A DNA stretch of 64,000 bases, taken from positions 3,577-67,576 of the forward strand of contig PLLW01000046.1 in the NCBI GenBank assembly GCA_003141435.1, read 5' to 3'. This stretch comes from Ignavibacteriales bacterium. GTDB taxonomy: Bacteria; Bacteroidota; Ignavibacteria; Ignavibacteriales; Ignavibacteriaceae. The translations under genes and the position numbers were made by a program. Positions 18,536 through 28,013 of this stretch are shown here, one piece after another; position 1 is the stretch's first letter; each line of letters opens with the position of its first letter. The notes beneath the pieces were generated by a model, which searched no databases, was not told the DNA's origin, and was given only the letters and a program-made list of their open reading frames with translations.

Positions 18536-18758
18536 AATAATCTGTAAGGATGTAATGGAACATATTTGTGAGAATCTTGGCGAAGAACTCGACTCACCCA
18601 AATGTGCTGCTATAAAAGTTCATCTGAATAACTGCGATAATTGCAGTAATTATTTCAAAACAGTAGAAGACACAATTCAATTCTATAAAAATTACAATGT
18701 AGAACTTCCTGAAGGGGCACACGAAAGATTATTAAAGTTCCTTGGGCTGACCAATTAA
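18522..18758 (+). CDS. Soluble zinc-binding (ZAS, zf-HC2) anti-sigma factor
   Basis: H-x3-C-x2-C motif (HLNNCDNC) plus upstream Cys residues. No TM segment. Overlaps the sigma-factor gene end. Confidence 0.7.
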   Translation: MKKHEIICKDVMEHICENLGEELDSPKCAAIKVHLNNCDNCSNYFKTVEDTIQFYKNYNVELPEGAHERLLKFLGLTN

Positions 18759-18897
18759 GGATATACTTTTAGTTCCCTTTCTTTAGAAGTGCTGCTTATA
18801 CCTGCGTTTTTATAAAATTTGAATCCAAATCCCAAATTTATCATCTCACCCATAGTATTCTTTTTACACAATTTTTCTAATATAACTGGAATAAAAT

Positions 18898-19443
18898 ATG
18901 AATAAAGTAATATTCCCAATACTTCTTGTTTTAGCAATTTCTTTTTCGAATTGCGGTAAAAACACATCAAATGAAAATTCCCCGCAGGTAAACCTGGCGT
19001 ATGCTCCGGGAGAAACTGCTGCTTTGAACAAACCAGCCCCTGATTTTACATTGACCTCTACGGGCAATAAAAGTATAAAACTATCTGATTATCAGGGAAA
19101 AGTAGTGATAGTAGATTTCTGGGCTACATGGTGCCCTCCATGTCGCAGAGGAATCCCCGACCTTATAGAAATACAGAAAGAATATGGTAGTGATGTAGTT
19201 GTCATAGGAATATCAATGGATACAGATACAAAGCGTGATGTTGTACCATTTACCCAGCAGATGGGAATAAATTATCTGGTAGCTTATGCGAATGCTGGAG
19301 TAGTTCAATCATATGGAGGAGTTGAATCGATTCCAACATCATTTGTCATTGATAAAAATGGAAATATTGTTGATAACCATATTGGGTTGGTTCCGAAATC
19401 TGAATTTGTATCCGTATTAAACAAACTTTTGAACAAATCGTAG
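18898..19443 (+). CDS. TlpA/ResA-like thiol:disulfide oxidoreductase lipoprotein
   Basis: Lipoprotein signal (LAISFSNC) and thioredoxin fold with DFWATWCPPCRRGIP. Confidence 0.85.
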   Translation: MNKVIFPILLVLAISFSNCGKNTSNENSPQVNLAYAPGETAALNKPAPDFTLTSTGNKSIKLSDYQGKVVIVDFWATWCPPCRRGIPDLIEIQKEYGSDVVVIGISMDTDTKRDVVPFTQQMGINYLVAYANAGVVQSYGGVESIPTSFVIDKNGNIVDNHIGLVPKSEFVSVLNKLLNKS

Positions 19444-19481
19444 TATAGAATAAAAATTAAAATAATTAAAGGAGTCATGTT

Positions 19482-19664
19482 ATGTTGAAAAATGTTGGAA
19501 GCGCTGATCGCAATATCCGTATCATTCTTGGGATAGCGATAATTATTGTAGGTATATTCTTACAAAGTTGGTGGGGACTTATCGGATTGATACCTTTGGT
19601 AACTGCCGGTCTGAATTTCTGTCCCCTATATACAGTCCTCAGAATTTCGACAAATAAAAAATAG
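19482..19664 (+). CDS. DUF2892 (YgaP C-terminal-like) small membrane protein
   Basis: GSADRNIRIILGIAIIIVG...LIPLVTAGLNFCPLY is the DUF2892 signature. 60 aa with a GGAG RBS. Confidence 0.7.
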   Translation: MLKNVGSADRNIRIILGIAIIIVGIFLQSWWGLIGLIPLVTAGLNFCPLYTVLRISTNKK

Positions 19665-19723
19665 TTTCATTTAAGAATCTTTTTCTGATTCTAAGCATCT
19701 TACCATTAAAAAAAGGATAATTT

Positions 19724-20053
19724 ATGAAATATACAATTGAAGGAACGGACACTAATTTTGATCAGGAAGTGCTTAAATCAGATCTCCCCGTATTGGTAGA
19801 TTTCTGGGCTCCCTGGTGTGGTCCCTGCCGCATGGTTTCTCCGGTGGTTGAGGAATTAGCAGAAGAGCTCACCGGAAAACTTAAAGTTGTTAAAGTTAAT
19901 ACAGATGAAAACCAGGAAATTGCAATTAAGTATGGTATTCGCAGCATCCCCACATTAGGTATCTTCAAAGATGGAAATATAGTTGACGGTGTAATCGGTG
20001 CAGTGCCCAAACAAACTATTAAAGAAAAACTGCTCCCGCATTTAAATAATTAA
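19724..20053 (+). CDS. trxA: Thioredoxin
   Basis: 109 aa with [15 protein letters not shown] active site and a GIRSIPTL cis-Pro loop. Confidence 0.95.
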   Translation: MKYTIEGTDTNFDQEVLKSDLPVLVDFWAPWCGPCRMVSPVVEELAEELTGKLKVVKVNTDENQEIAIKYGIRSIPTLGIFKDGNIVDGVIGAVPKQTIKEKLLPHLNN

Positions 20054-20058
20054 GAACT

Positions 20059-20514
20059 TTAATTTATAATAACTTCGTCCGGAATTTCATTTGTGTCATC
20101 CGGCTTTACAGGAAAGTGTTCCGCAAGAACCTTTCCTGTTTCCTCTACCCCGTGTATAATTCCCTTTGCAAACATCCCTTTAATAAAAAACTCCTGCATA
20201 CCGTCCTTTATTTTATGCCAGGTGTTTTCAGTAACTTTATCATTAATTGCGGAATCTGTAAGGATATAGAATTGTCTTTCCTTCAAAATCATATATATAA
20301 GAATCCCCGTTTTATCTCTCGTTTTACCTATCCCCAATCTTGCAAATTCCCTTTTTGCAAGTTCATCAACTGTCTTTCTCCATTGTAAAAAAGATTTACG
20401 CTCCCTGATGCTCACACAAATTTCGCCTGCCGTAAGCTTTTCATATTCCTTTATTTTATTGGTAATACGAAGCAGATCATCATCATTTACATAGTTATAT
20501 ATTAATTTTTTCAT
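20059..20514 (-). CDS. TPM-domain (TLP18.3/Psb32/MOLO-1 family) protein
   Basis: GEICVSI...GILIYMILKERQFYILTDSAINDKV pattern of the TPM phosphatase-like domain. No signal peptide seen. Confidence 0.5.
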   Translation of the reverse strand: MKKLIYNYVNDDDLLRITNKIKEYEKLTAGEICVSIRERKSFLQWRKTVDELAKREFARLGIGKTRDKTGILIYMILKERQFYILTDSAINDKVTENTWHKIKDGMQEFFIKGMFAKGIIHGVEETGKVLAEHFPVKPDDTNEIPDEVIIN

Positions 20515-20623
20515 AAAGGTTGTAATGTTTATTAATAAAGGTATAAAACTTATCCCTATATCTCAATAGGGAATTAACAAAATAATATAAAGGGGCTATT
20601 AACTACTTTAATTGTCGAATATT

Positions 20624-21922
20624 TTAATCATTAAAATATCTGGCTACACGAATGGATTGTTCAGTTGAAGAATTCTCCCCAGTATAAAACAGGTAAGAAA
20701 CATTGTTAAATTTTCTGTAGTTGGGATACCAGATCGAACAGCGACCGTTAATTGTGTTTGATTGGGTGAATATAGGATTATCGGATTTCGTGAAATGAAT
20801 TCCATCAGTTGAAGTTGCCATACCAAAGCCGGTGCCGATTGTGTTCTGATATATCATTTTGAAAATACCACTGTCATAAATAACAGTCGGAAACGCTACA
20901 CTGCCTGATTCCCATGGTAGGGTTGCACTAAATACTATTTGCCTTTCCCAGAATAAACCGTCAATTGATTTTGCAACGCCAATTATTACTCCATTTGTAG
21001 TATTTTGCGATGTAGAACAACAATAATATCCATAATAAATGCTGTCTTTTACAACCACATCTGTAAAATTAAAATGATAATAACCAGCGGTAATACCTAT
21101 TATCGGAGTACTATTTTTTACCCAATTAATGCCATCTATTGAAAGGGCAATCCCTGTTCTAACATCTTCTGAATAATTTTGATGACCTGTATAATACATT
21201 TTATACGTATTGCCAACTTTTATAACAGCAGAAACAGCTATCGAATATCCATCCCATGCACTTGAATCTCCTTTCGAAAGTACAGGCTTGGAACCAATAG
21301 TGTTCCAATTAAGACCATCCTGAGATTCAGCATACCAGACACTGGCGACGGCAGAATTGTATATCCCGTCATACCACATTTTATAAATACCATTATCATA
21401 AATTATTTTTGCTGTGTTAACTCCATTCGGATTTGAAGGATTATTATTTTTTGTCTGAACTGGATTCCCTCCATAATCAATCCATTGTGTGCTGTTGTTA
21501 GTCCCCCATTTAACGAATATATATATTGTCCCTGTTCCTGATGATACTGGATTAAGAGTTAAATTTAATTGAACAACAACATTTTCCTGGACAAGTACGT
21601 CAGTCTCTCCAGTATAAATTATTGTCCCATTATTATCCTTTGCATCAACCTTCAGATGCCAGGTCCCTACTTGAACAGCCGGAACCGTAACATCACCCGT
21701 TGAGTCTGATAAAAGATTTAGATTTGTAGTTATTGTTGTAAAATTTGTCCTGGATAGTGTAGCTGAAATTACGACTACTCCTGTTGGAACTGAAGCAGGA
21801 TCAAATTTGAAATTGATGCCCCCTGTTGAAATAGAGGTTGGGTTAGTAATCGTATTGTTTTTTGAACATCCTATAAGGAGGAGAAAAAAAGAAAGAAAGA
21901 AAACCGCTAAGCTTTTTTTCAT
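20624..21922 (-). CDS. Secreted lipoprotein: N-terminal Ig-like domain plus a five-bladed beta-propeller glycoside-hydrolase-like domain
   Basis: Lipobox LLIGCS. Five recurrences of a blade motif: IYKMWYDG, TYKMYYTG, IYYGYYC, IFKMIYQN, SYLFYTG. This resembles the GH43/GH32/GH130 propeller clan. The family assignment is tentative. Confidence 0.4.
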   Translation of the reverse strand: MKKSLAVFFLSFFLLLIGCSKNNTITNPTSISTGGINFKFDPASVPTGVVVISATLSRTNFTTITTNLNLLSDSTGDVTVPAVQVGTWHLKVDAKDNNGTIIYTGETDVLVQENVVVQLNLTLNPVSSGTGTIYIFVKWGTNNSTQWIDYGGNPVQTKNNNPSNPNGVNTAKIIYDNGIYKMWYDGIYNSAVASVWYAESQDGLNWNTIGSKPVLSKGDSSAWDGYSIAVSAVIKVGNTYKMYYTGHQNYSEDVRTGIALSIDGINWVKNSTPIIGITAGYYHFNFTDVVVKDSIYYGYYCCSTSQNTTNGVIIGVAKSIDGLFWERQIVFSATLPWESGSVAFPTVIYDSGIFKMIYQNTIGTGFGMATSTDGIHFTKSDNPIFTQSNTINGRCSIWYPNYRKFNNVSYLFYTGENSSTEQSIRVARYFND

Positions 21923-22049
21923 TTATAAATCCCGTATTATTTCTAAGAAATTAATATTTACTTAATTAATAGAATAATTCAACATCCAAAAGAATGAATG
22001 TGTGAACCTAATCATAGAAAACTATCCTTTTTCCGTATAAAAAGCAACA

Positions 22050-22080
22050 CAGCCCGCAACTATCAACTAGCTGCGGGCTG
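22050..22080 (-). terminator. Rho-independent terminator of the DUF4097 gene
   Basis: cagcccgca / tgcgggctg form a 9-bp GC-rich stem, followed on the minus strand by a T-rich run. About 30 nt downstream of the stop at 22109. Confidence 0.6.
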
Positions 22081-22108
22081 CATTATGTGGAGAGAGAACG
22101 CTTAATCT

Positions 22109-23032
22109 TTATTTTTTCGAAACTTTTATATCACCGCCGGATGTCTTGGCGTAAAGATGATTACCCCCATTATTAATATCCGCTTCGAATTTGTTCGAAG
22201 ATATCCTTTCCGCATTGTTTCCCTTAAAATCGCATGAAATACGCCCGCCTGAACTCAATAACCTGGCCGCTGCACTAAAATCTGCAGGTAAATTTATTTT
22301 AATATCTCCGCCTGATGTATTTAGCTCAATTCCTTTGTTTTGCCCCTTATAGTCTAATTTAATATCACCTCCTGAAGTTTCAGCATAGATCTTAGAATCA
22401 TTCCCTGCCAATTTTATATTTCCGCCGGAGGTATGTGCATCAAAATCCCCATTAAAATTGTTTGCTGAAATATTTCCACCTGAAGTAGCAAGCTTCATGC
22501 TTCCGGAAACATTCTCTATTCTTATTTCACCCCCGGATGTATTAGTCCTTATATTACCTGATGAATTCCTTACGTAAATATTTCCCCCGGATGTTTTCAA
22601 ATTAGGATTTCCGTTTAATCCCTCCAGCTTTATGTTCCCTCCTGATGTATATGTTTCAGGATTAAAGTTTTTTGGCACCTTTATCTCAAATTTCAATCTT
22701 ATTCCGCTATTCCATCCAAAGAAACTGTCCTTTATTTTTGTGGTTACTTCCACCGTATTCTCATCGTTATGGAATTTGAATTTAGTCTTTTCCTTTGCAC
22801 GGTCATTCCCCAAAATTTTAATATAAACTTCATTTTTGTCCCATGTTGAAATTTCTATATTTCCGGATGATGCATCCAGCTTTAAGGTTTTTCCCTGATT
22901 TATCTGAAATGTTTTTTCCTGCAGAACCTGTAAGTTCTGGTCATCAAAATATGAGTTGTCCATAGTGCATGAAAAAGAAGATGTTGCCATGAAAATTACA
23001 GAGGCAAAAAGAAGCAATTTGTTCATGATCAT
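22109..23032 (-). CDS. DUF4097-family beta-strand repeat protein (putative adhesin), secreted
   Basis: Signal peptide and about ten repeats of the (T)SGG(N/D/E)I(K) motif typical of DUF4097. Confidence 0.75.
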   Translation of the reverse strand: MIMNKLLLFASVIFMATSSFSCTMDNSYFDDQNLQVLQEKTFQINQGKTLKLDASSGNIEISTWDKNEVYIKILGNDRAKEKTKFKFHNDENTVEVTTKIKDSFFGWNSGIRLKFEIKVPKNFNPETYTSGGNIKLEGLNGNPNLKTSGGNIYVRNSSGNIRTNTSGGEIRIENVSGSMKLATSGGNISANNFNGDFDAHTSGGNIKLAGNDSKIYAETSGGDIKLDYKGQNKGIELNTSGGDIKINLPADFSAAARLLSSGGRISCDFKGNNAERISSNKFEADINNGGNHLYAKTSGGDIKVSKK

Positions 23033-23300
23033 TTTCTCCTGATAATCTTTTATAAATTTAGACGGTAAAATGCTGAAAAAGTTACTTCTATAATATGAAA
23101 AATACTTGGTTGGTCAGAAAAACTGATAACAGGTGTTTTTTCTAAATAGTCAAATAAGCATAGAAACTAAATATTTCTGTTAATTCGAGAAAAACATTGG
23201 CTGTAAATCAAACTATTCATTATTTTTGTATTAAGTTTATAAATCAATAGAGTTTTCCTTAATATATTTATAATGGAAGGAATGGTTCTAGCGGGTTTTT

Positions 23301-26300
23301 ATGTCAATTCAATTAATTAATCAATACTACAACAAACGGAACCGTATTGTTCAATACGGCGGCTCCAAAAATGAATTAAGCATAAGGGATCCATTCAAAG
23401 ACCTTCTCAATCATTACGCTGATAAGAAAAACCTTCTTCTGATACCTGAACTAGCTATTATGGGGACTAAGGGTTCAAAAGTAAAACCGGATGGCACGTT
23501 AAAGAATGCTTTGCGGTTAGACTATGGTTATTGGGAAAGCAAGGACGAAAAGGATAGCATTGATGAGGAAATAGATACCAAGATCAAGAAAGGGTATCCT
23601 CTTACAAATATTATATTCGAGGATGGGCAGACAGCTATCCTTATCCAGCATGGGCAGACAGTTGCGCGCGTAAATATGAATGACAGGGATAAACTTGATG
23701 AAATCCTTAATCAGTTTATTAGTTTTGAACACCCACAGGTAAAAGAATTCACAGAAGCGTTATTAAAATTTAAGGAAGACCTGCCGAATATTCTTGAAGC
23801 TTTGCGTGAACTAATGATTAAGCAGGGGAAAACAAATCCAGGTTATGTAGAAGCACGAGATAAATTCCTTGAGCATTGCAGAGAGGAGATCAATCCTGAG
23901 TTTACTCCCGATGACGTGAGGGAAATGATAATTCAGCATATCTTAACTGAAGAAATATTTAATGCCGTTTTTGATGAAACCCATTTCCACCGAGAGAACA
24001 ATATTGCCCGTGAACTTGAAAATGTAATCGGGACATTCTTTACAGGTGAAACCCGAAGGAATACTCTTGAAGGGATCAAACATTATTATTCGGTTATAAG
24101 CAATAATGCCCGCAATATGGCTGATCACCATGAAAAGCAGAAGTTCCTGAAGGTTATTTATGAGAACTTCTATAAAACATATAATCCTAAAGCGGCTGAC
24201 AGGCTTGGCGTTGTTTACACTCCAAATGAGATTGTTAATTTCATGATTGAAAGTACCGATTATCTTTTACAGAAGCATTTTGGGAAAACTCTTGCCGATA
24301 AGAATGTAGAGATACTTGACCCGGCTACAGGAACCGGCACTTTTATCTGCGATATTATTGATTACATCCCCAAACAGTATCTGCTTTATAAATACAAAAA
24401 TGAGATACATGCAAATGAGGTTGCGATACTTCCTTATTATGTGGCTAACCTGAATATTGAATACACATATAAGCAGAAGATGGGAATTTATGAGGAATTT
24501 CCGAATTTATGTTTTGTGGATACGCTTGATAACACCGGGGCTTTAAAGTACTCTGGTCATCAACAGCAGTTGTTTGGATTTAGTTCTGAAAATGCTTTAA
24601 GGATAAAAAAACAGAATGAAAAGAAGATATCTGTAATAATCGGGAACCCGCCATATAATGCTAATCAGAAAAACGAGAATGAGAATAATAAGAACAGAGA
24701 ATATCCATTAGTTGATGAAAGGATAAAAGATTCCTATATAAGAGAAAGCTCAGCTCAAAAAACAAAATTATATGATATGTATACACGCTTTTATCGCTGG
24801 GCTTCAGACAGAATAGATAATAATGGGATACTTGCATTTGTAACTAATAGAAGTTTTATTGATAGCAGGACATTTGATGGATTCAGAAAATGTATTCAAA
24901 ATGATTTTTCTGAATGCTACATAATTGATACAAAAAGCGATGTAAGGGTAAATCCAAAAATTGCCGGAACAACGCACAATGTTTTCGGAATTCAAACCGG
25001 TGTAGCATTAATGTTTTTGGTGAAGAAGGAAATGCAGGAAGGGAAGTGCAAGATTTATTATATGTCGATGCAGGATGAATGGAGGAAGGAGATAAAACTG
25101 GATTGGCTAAGGAACAATAATCTTAAGACTACTACTTTTGATAGTATTACTCCTGATAAAAATAATAATTGGATTAACCTTTCTGAAAATAATGATTGGG
25201 ATAGCTTATTGCCACTCATAGGCAAAAAAAGCGAACAATCGATTTTTAGATTTTCTTCATTAGGAGTTTCTACTAACCGGGATGAATGGGTATATGACTT
25301 TAATAAAAAAACATTAAAAAAGAAGATGTTATTTTTTATTGGTCACTTCAATCATTTGTTGACTAATAATGATTCTACTTGGAATGGGACAATTAAATGG
25401 AGCGAATCTTTAAAAAGCGTATTTAAGAGAAATCAAAAAATTGTATATAAAGATAGTCTAATTATTCAGGTGAATTACCGCCCCTTTATTAAGCATTATT
25501 ATTATTCAGCGAATCTTTTAAGTGATCGATTAACTCAAAATCATAATGATATTTTTGGAAATGATTTGCTAGCAAATAATGACATTATTAGTTTTTCAGG
25601 TGTGACTTCCTCGAAAACTTTTAATATTCTCGCATCCAACTTGTTAGTAGACCTTCATTTCAATGGAGATGCAAATTGTCTTCCACATTATGTATATGCT
25701 AAAGATGGAGAGCGTGTAGAGAATATTACCGATTGGGGACTTGAGCAATTCTGGAATAAATATAAAGACAAGAAAATTACTAAGGCAGATATTTTCAATT
25801 ACACTTATGCAGTTCTGCATAATCCTGCCTATCGAAAGAAGTATGAACTTAATCTTAAAAGAGAATTCCCGCGTGTACCATTTTATAAGGACTTTTGGAA
25901 ATGGGCAAGGTGGGGAAAGGAGTTAATGAAACTTCATATCAACTATGAAGAGGAAAAGCCATTCGCATTAAAACGTATTGATATAAAGGCTGTTGAGAAG
26001 AAACAGAAACAGAAGGAATTCGTTCCAAAGGTTAAAGAACCTGAACCAATGTTTGGAATGAAACCGAGAATCAAAGTTAAATTAAGAGCTGATAAGACCG
26101 CAGGGACAATCGAACTTGATGATATAACAACGTTAAAGGGAATTCCAAAAGAGGCGTGGGATTACAAACTGGGGAATCGGTCTGCAATTGAATGGATATT
26201 AGACCAGTACAAAGAAAAGAAACCCAAAGATCCCACCATAGCAGAGAAATTCAATTGTTACAGGTTTGCGGATCATAAAGAGGAGGTAATAGAACTCATT

Positions 26301-26369
26301 AGAAAAGTAACCACGGTTAGTATGGAAACAATGGAAATAATCTCCCAGATGGAACTTGAAAAGGAATAG
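23301..26369 (+). CDS. Single-polypeptide restriction-modification enzyme candidate: N-terminal PD-ExK nuclease-like motif, gamma-class N6-adenine methyltransferase, type-ISP C-terminal specificity domain
   Basis: P63-D64...E79-S80-K81 (KPDGTLKNALRLDYGYWESKD) lies at nt 23490-23543. SAM motif I is ILDPATGTGTF and catalytic motif IV is IIGNPPYNA. The C-terminal LHNPAYRKKYELNLKREFPRVPF and WDYKLGNRSAIEWILDQYK resemble the Type_ISP_C domain. I saw no helicase or Walker motifs. Confidence 0.75.
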   Translation: MSIQLINQYYNKRNRIVQYGGSKNELSIRDPFKDLLNHYADKKNLLLIPELAIMGTKGSKVKPDGTLKNALRLDYGYWESKDEKDSIDEEIDTKIKKGYPLTNIIFEDGQTAILIQHGQTVARVNMNDRDKLDEILNQFISFEHPQVKEFTEALLKFKEDLPNILEALRELMIKQGKTNPGYVEARDKFLEHCREEINPEFTPDDVREMIIQHILTEEIFNAVFDETHFHRENNIARELENVIGTFFTGETRRNTLEGIKHYYSVISNNARNMADHHEKQKFLKVIYENFYKTYNPKAADRLGVVYTPNEIVNFMIESTDYLLQKHFGKTLADKNVEILDPATGTGTFICDIIDYIPKQYLLYKYKNEIHANEVAILPYYVANLNIEYTYKQKMGIYEEFPNLCFVDTLDNTGALKYSGHQQQLFGFSSENALRIKKQNEKKISVIIGNPPYNANQKNENENNKNREYPLVDERIKDSYIRESSAQKTKLYDMYTRFYRWASDRIDNNGILAFVTNRSFIDSRTFDGFRKCIQNDFSECYIIDTKSDVRVNPKIAGTTHNVFGIQTGVALMFLVKKEMQEGKCKIYYMSMQDEWRKEIKLDWLRNNNLKTTTFDSITPDKNNNWINLSENNDWDSLLPLIGKKSEQSIFRFSSLGVSTNRDEWVYDFNKKTLKKKMLFFIGHFNHLLTNNDSTWNGTIKWSESLKSVFKRNQKIVYKDSLIIQVNYRPFIKHYYYSANLLSDRLTQNHNDIFGNDLLANNDIISFSGVTSSKTFNILASNLLVDLHFNGDANCLPHYVYAKDGERVENITDWGLEQFWNKYKDKKITKADIFNYTYAVLHNPAYRKKYELNLKREFPRVPFYKDFWKWARWGKELMKLHINYEEEKPFALKRIDIKAVEKKQKQKEFVPKVKEPEPMFGMKPRIKVKLRADKTAGTIELDDITTLKGIPKEAWDYKLGNRSAIEWILDQYKEKKPKDPTIAEKFNCYRFADHKEEVIELIRKVTTVSMETMEIISQMELEKE

Positions 26370-26529
26370 TAATTAAAGCAATTGTACTAAAGACCTAAAA
26401 TATGTAATTTTTGTTGAATTTAAGCCTTTCGATATGTAATTGGCTTGGATTTATGTAATATTCATCATGTTATTGCTTTGGATTTAGATAATATATATAC
26501 TAATATTGCCTTGTATTAATGGAGTTTGT

Positions 26530-27846
26530 GTGTACATTAATAGGAAAGCAGATACCGAGTTAAAAAAATGGAGAGAAGAGAGTAACCACAAGCCCCTTTT
26601 AATAAGGGGAGCGCGGCAGGTTGGCAAAACTAAAACAATCAGAGAATTTGGAAATTCTTTTGAAAGCTTTGTTGAAATCAACTTTGAAGAAAGCCCCCGG
26701 CTTAAATCTCTTTTTGAAGAAGATCTTTCACCCATCTCTATTTGCGAAAATTTATCTGCCATTTTAAAGACCAGCATCATACCGGGAAAAACACTCCTAT
26801 TCTTTGACGAAATACAGGAATGTCCAAGGGCAATAGCCTCACTTCGTTTTTTTTACGAAAAAATGCCAAAACTTCACTTAGTAGTTGCCGGTTCATTACT
26901 GGAATTTGCACTTCAGGAAATGGCTACATTCGGTGTGGGCAGAATTCGTTCCATGTTTATGTATCCTTTGAGTTTTTCCGAATTTCTAGCTGGTGCAGGA
27001 GAGTTTCAATTACTTGAAATTATAAAACAATCAAACCCCACTAAACCAATTAATGGAGTTCTACATAATAGATTAATAGAACTAGTACAAAAATTTATTT
27101 GCCTCGGTGGAATGCCAGAGGTGGCAGCTACTTATTTTGAAACCGGGGATTTGTATAAATGCCAGCAGCTGCTTGATGACTTAATTATTTCTATTCAGGC
27201 AGATTTTGCTAAATATAAAAAGCGGGCGCCGGTTTCCAGATTGATTGAAGTGTTCCAATCTGTTGTATCTCAAGCCGGACAAAAATTTGTATATAAGAAA
27301 GCATGTATACAGGCAAATCATAAACAAATTAAAGAAGCAATACAGCTGCTTATTAATGCAGGTCTCGTTATTCCGGTCACTCATAGTTCTGCTAATGGGA
27401 TACCTTTGGGAGCAGAGGCTAATTTGCAGAAGCAGAAAATGCTTCTATTTGATACCGGAATTTTTCAGCGGATTATGAATCTTGACCTAGCTGATTTTCT
27501 ATTATCAAAAAATTTCGACGCCATCAATAAGGGTAATGTTTCGGAACAGTTCGCAGGGCTCGAATTAATTAAAGTGTCATCTTGCTATCAGACTCCATAC
27601 CTATACTATTGGCATAGAGAGTCACGAAACAGCAATGCTGAAGTTGATTATATTCTGCCGCTTTCGAATAAAATAGTACCGGTTGAAGTTAAATCCGGGA
27701 CAAAGGGATCTATGCAAAGTCTTTTTTTATTTTTGGAAGAAAAAAAACTTTCACAAGGAATAAGGATTTCAAATGAGAATTTTTCAACTTATGACTCAAT
27801 TGAAGTATATCCATTATACGCAGTGGAAAATATTGGATTGAAATGA
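26530..27846 (+). CDS. AAA+ ATPase (AAA_14) with a C-terminal DUF4143 / PD-(D/E)xK-like domain
   Basis: Walker A LLIRGARQVGKT and Walker B LLFFDEIQ. The C-terminal NAEVDYILPL...VPVEVKSG reads as a D...ExK nuclease-like motif. No ATG is available. The GTG at 26530 (giving YINRK...) is preferred; a TTG at 26506 is possible. Confidence 0.75.
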   Translation: MYINRKADTELKKWREESNHKPLLIRGARQVGKTKTIREFGNSFESFVEINFEESPRLKSLFEEDLSPISICENLSAILKTSIIPGKTLLFFDEIQECPRAIASLRFFYEKMPKLHLVVAGSLLEFALQEMATFGVGRIRSMFMYPLSFSEFLAGAGEFQLLEIIKQSNPTKPINGVLHNRLIELVQKFICLGGMPEVAATYFETGDLYKCQQLLDDLIISIQADFAKYKKRAPVSRLIEVFQSVVSQAGQKFVYKKACIQANHKQIKEAIQLLINAGLVIPVTHSSANGIPLGAEANLQKQKMLLFDTGIFQRIMNLDLADFLLSKNFDAINKGNVSEQFAGLELIKVSSCYQTPYLYYWHRESRNSNAEVDYILPLSNKIVPVEVKSGTKGSMQSLFLFLEEKKLSQGIRISNENFSTYDSIEVYPLYAVENIGLK

Positions 27847-27887
27847 ACACAATAACTGTACAAATATCTATAGATCGAACTAGAACA

Positions 27888-28013
27888 GAGAAATTTAATA
27901 GTTACCGCTTTGCTGATCATAAAGAAGAGGTAATAGAACTAATCAGGAAGGTAACCACAACAAGTATGGAAACTATGGCAATAATCAATCGTATGGGGAA
28001 TGAGAAGGAATAG
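27888..28013 (+). pseudogene. Orphan 41-codon remnant homologous to the 3' end of the R-M gene
   Basis: EKFNSYRFADHKEEVIELIRKVTTTSMETMAIINRMGNEKE-stop versus EKFNCYRFADHKEEVIELIRKVTTVSMETMEIISQMELEKE-stop at 26244-26369. That is 34 of 41 residues identical by my count. No start codon or upstream gene body. Confidence 0.8.

Noticed and set aside
18755-19067. Two minus-strand ORFs (18755-18970, 18864-19067) opposite the tlpA promoter and 5' region
   Set aside because: They overlap each other and the well-supported TlpA gene, with no motifs.
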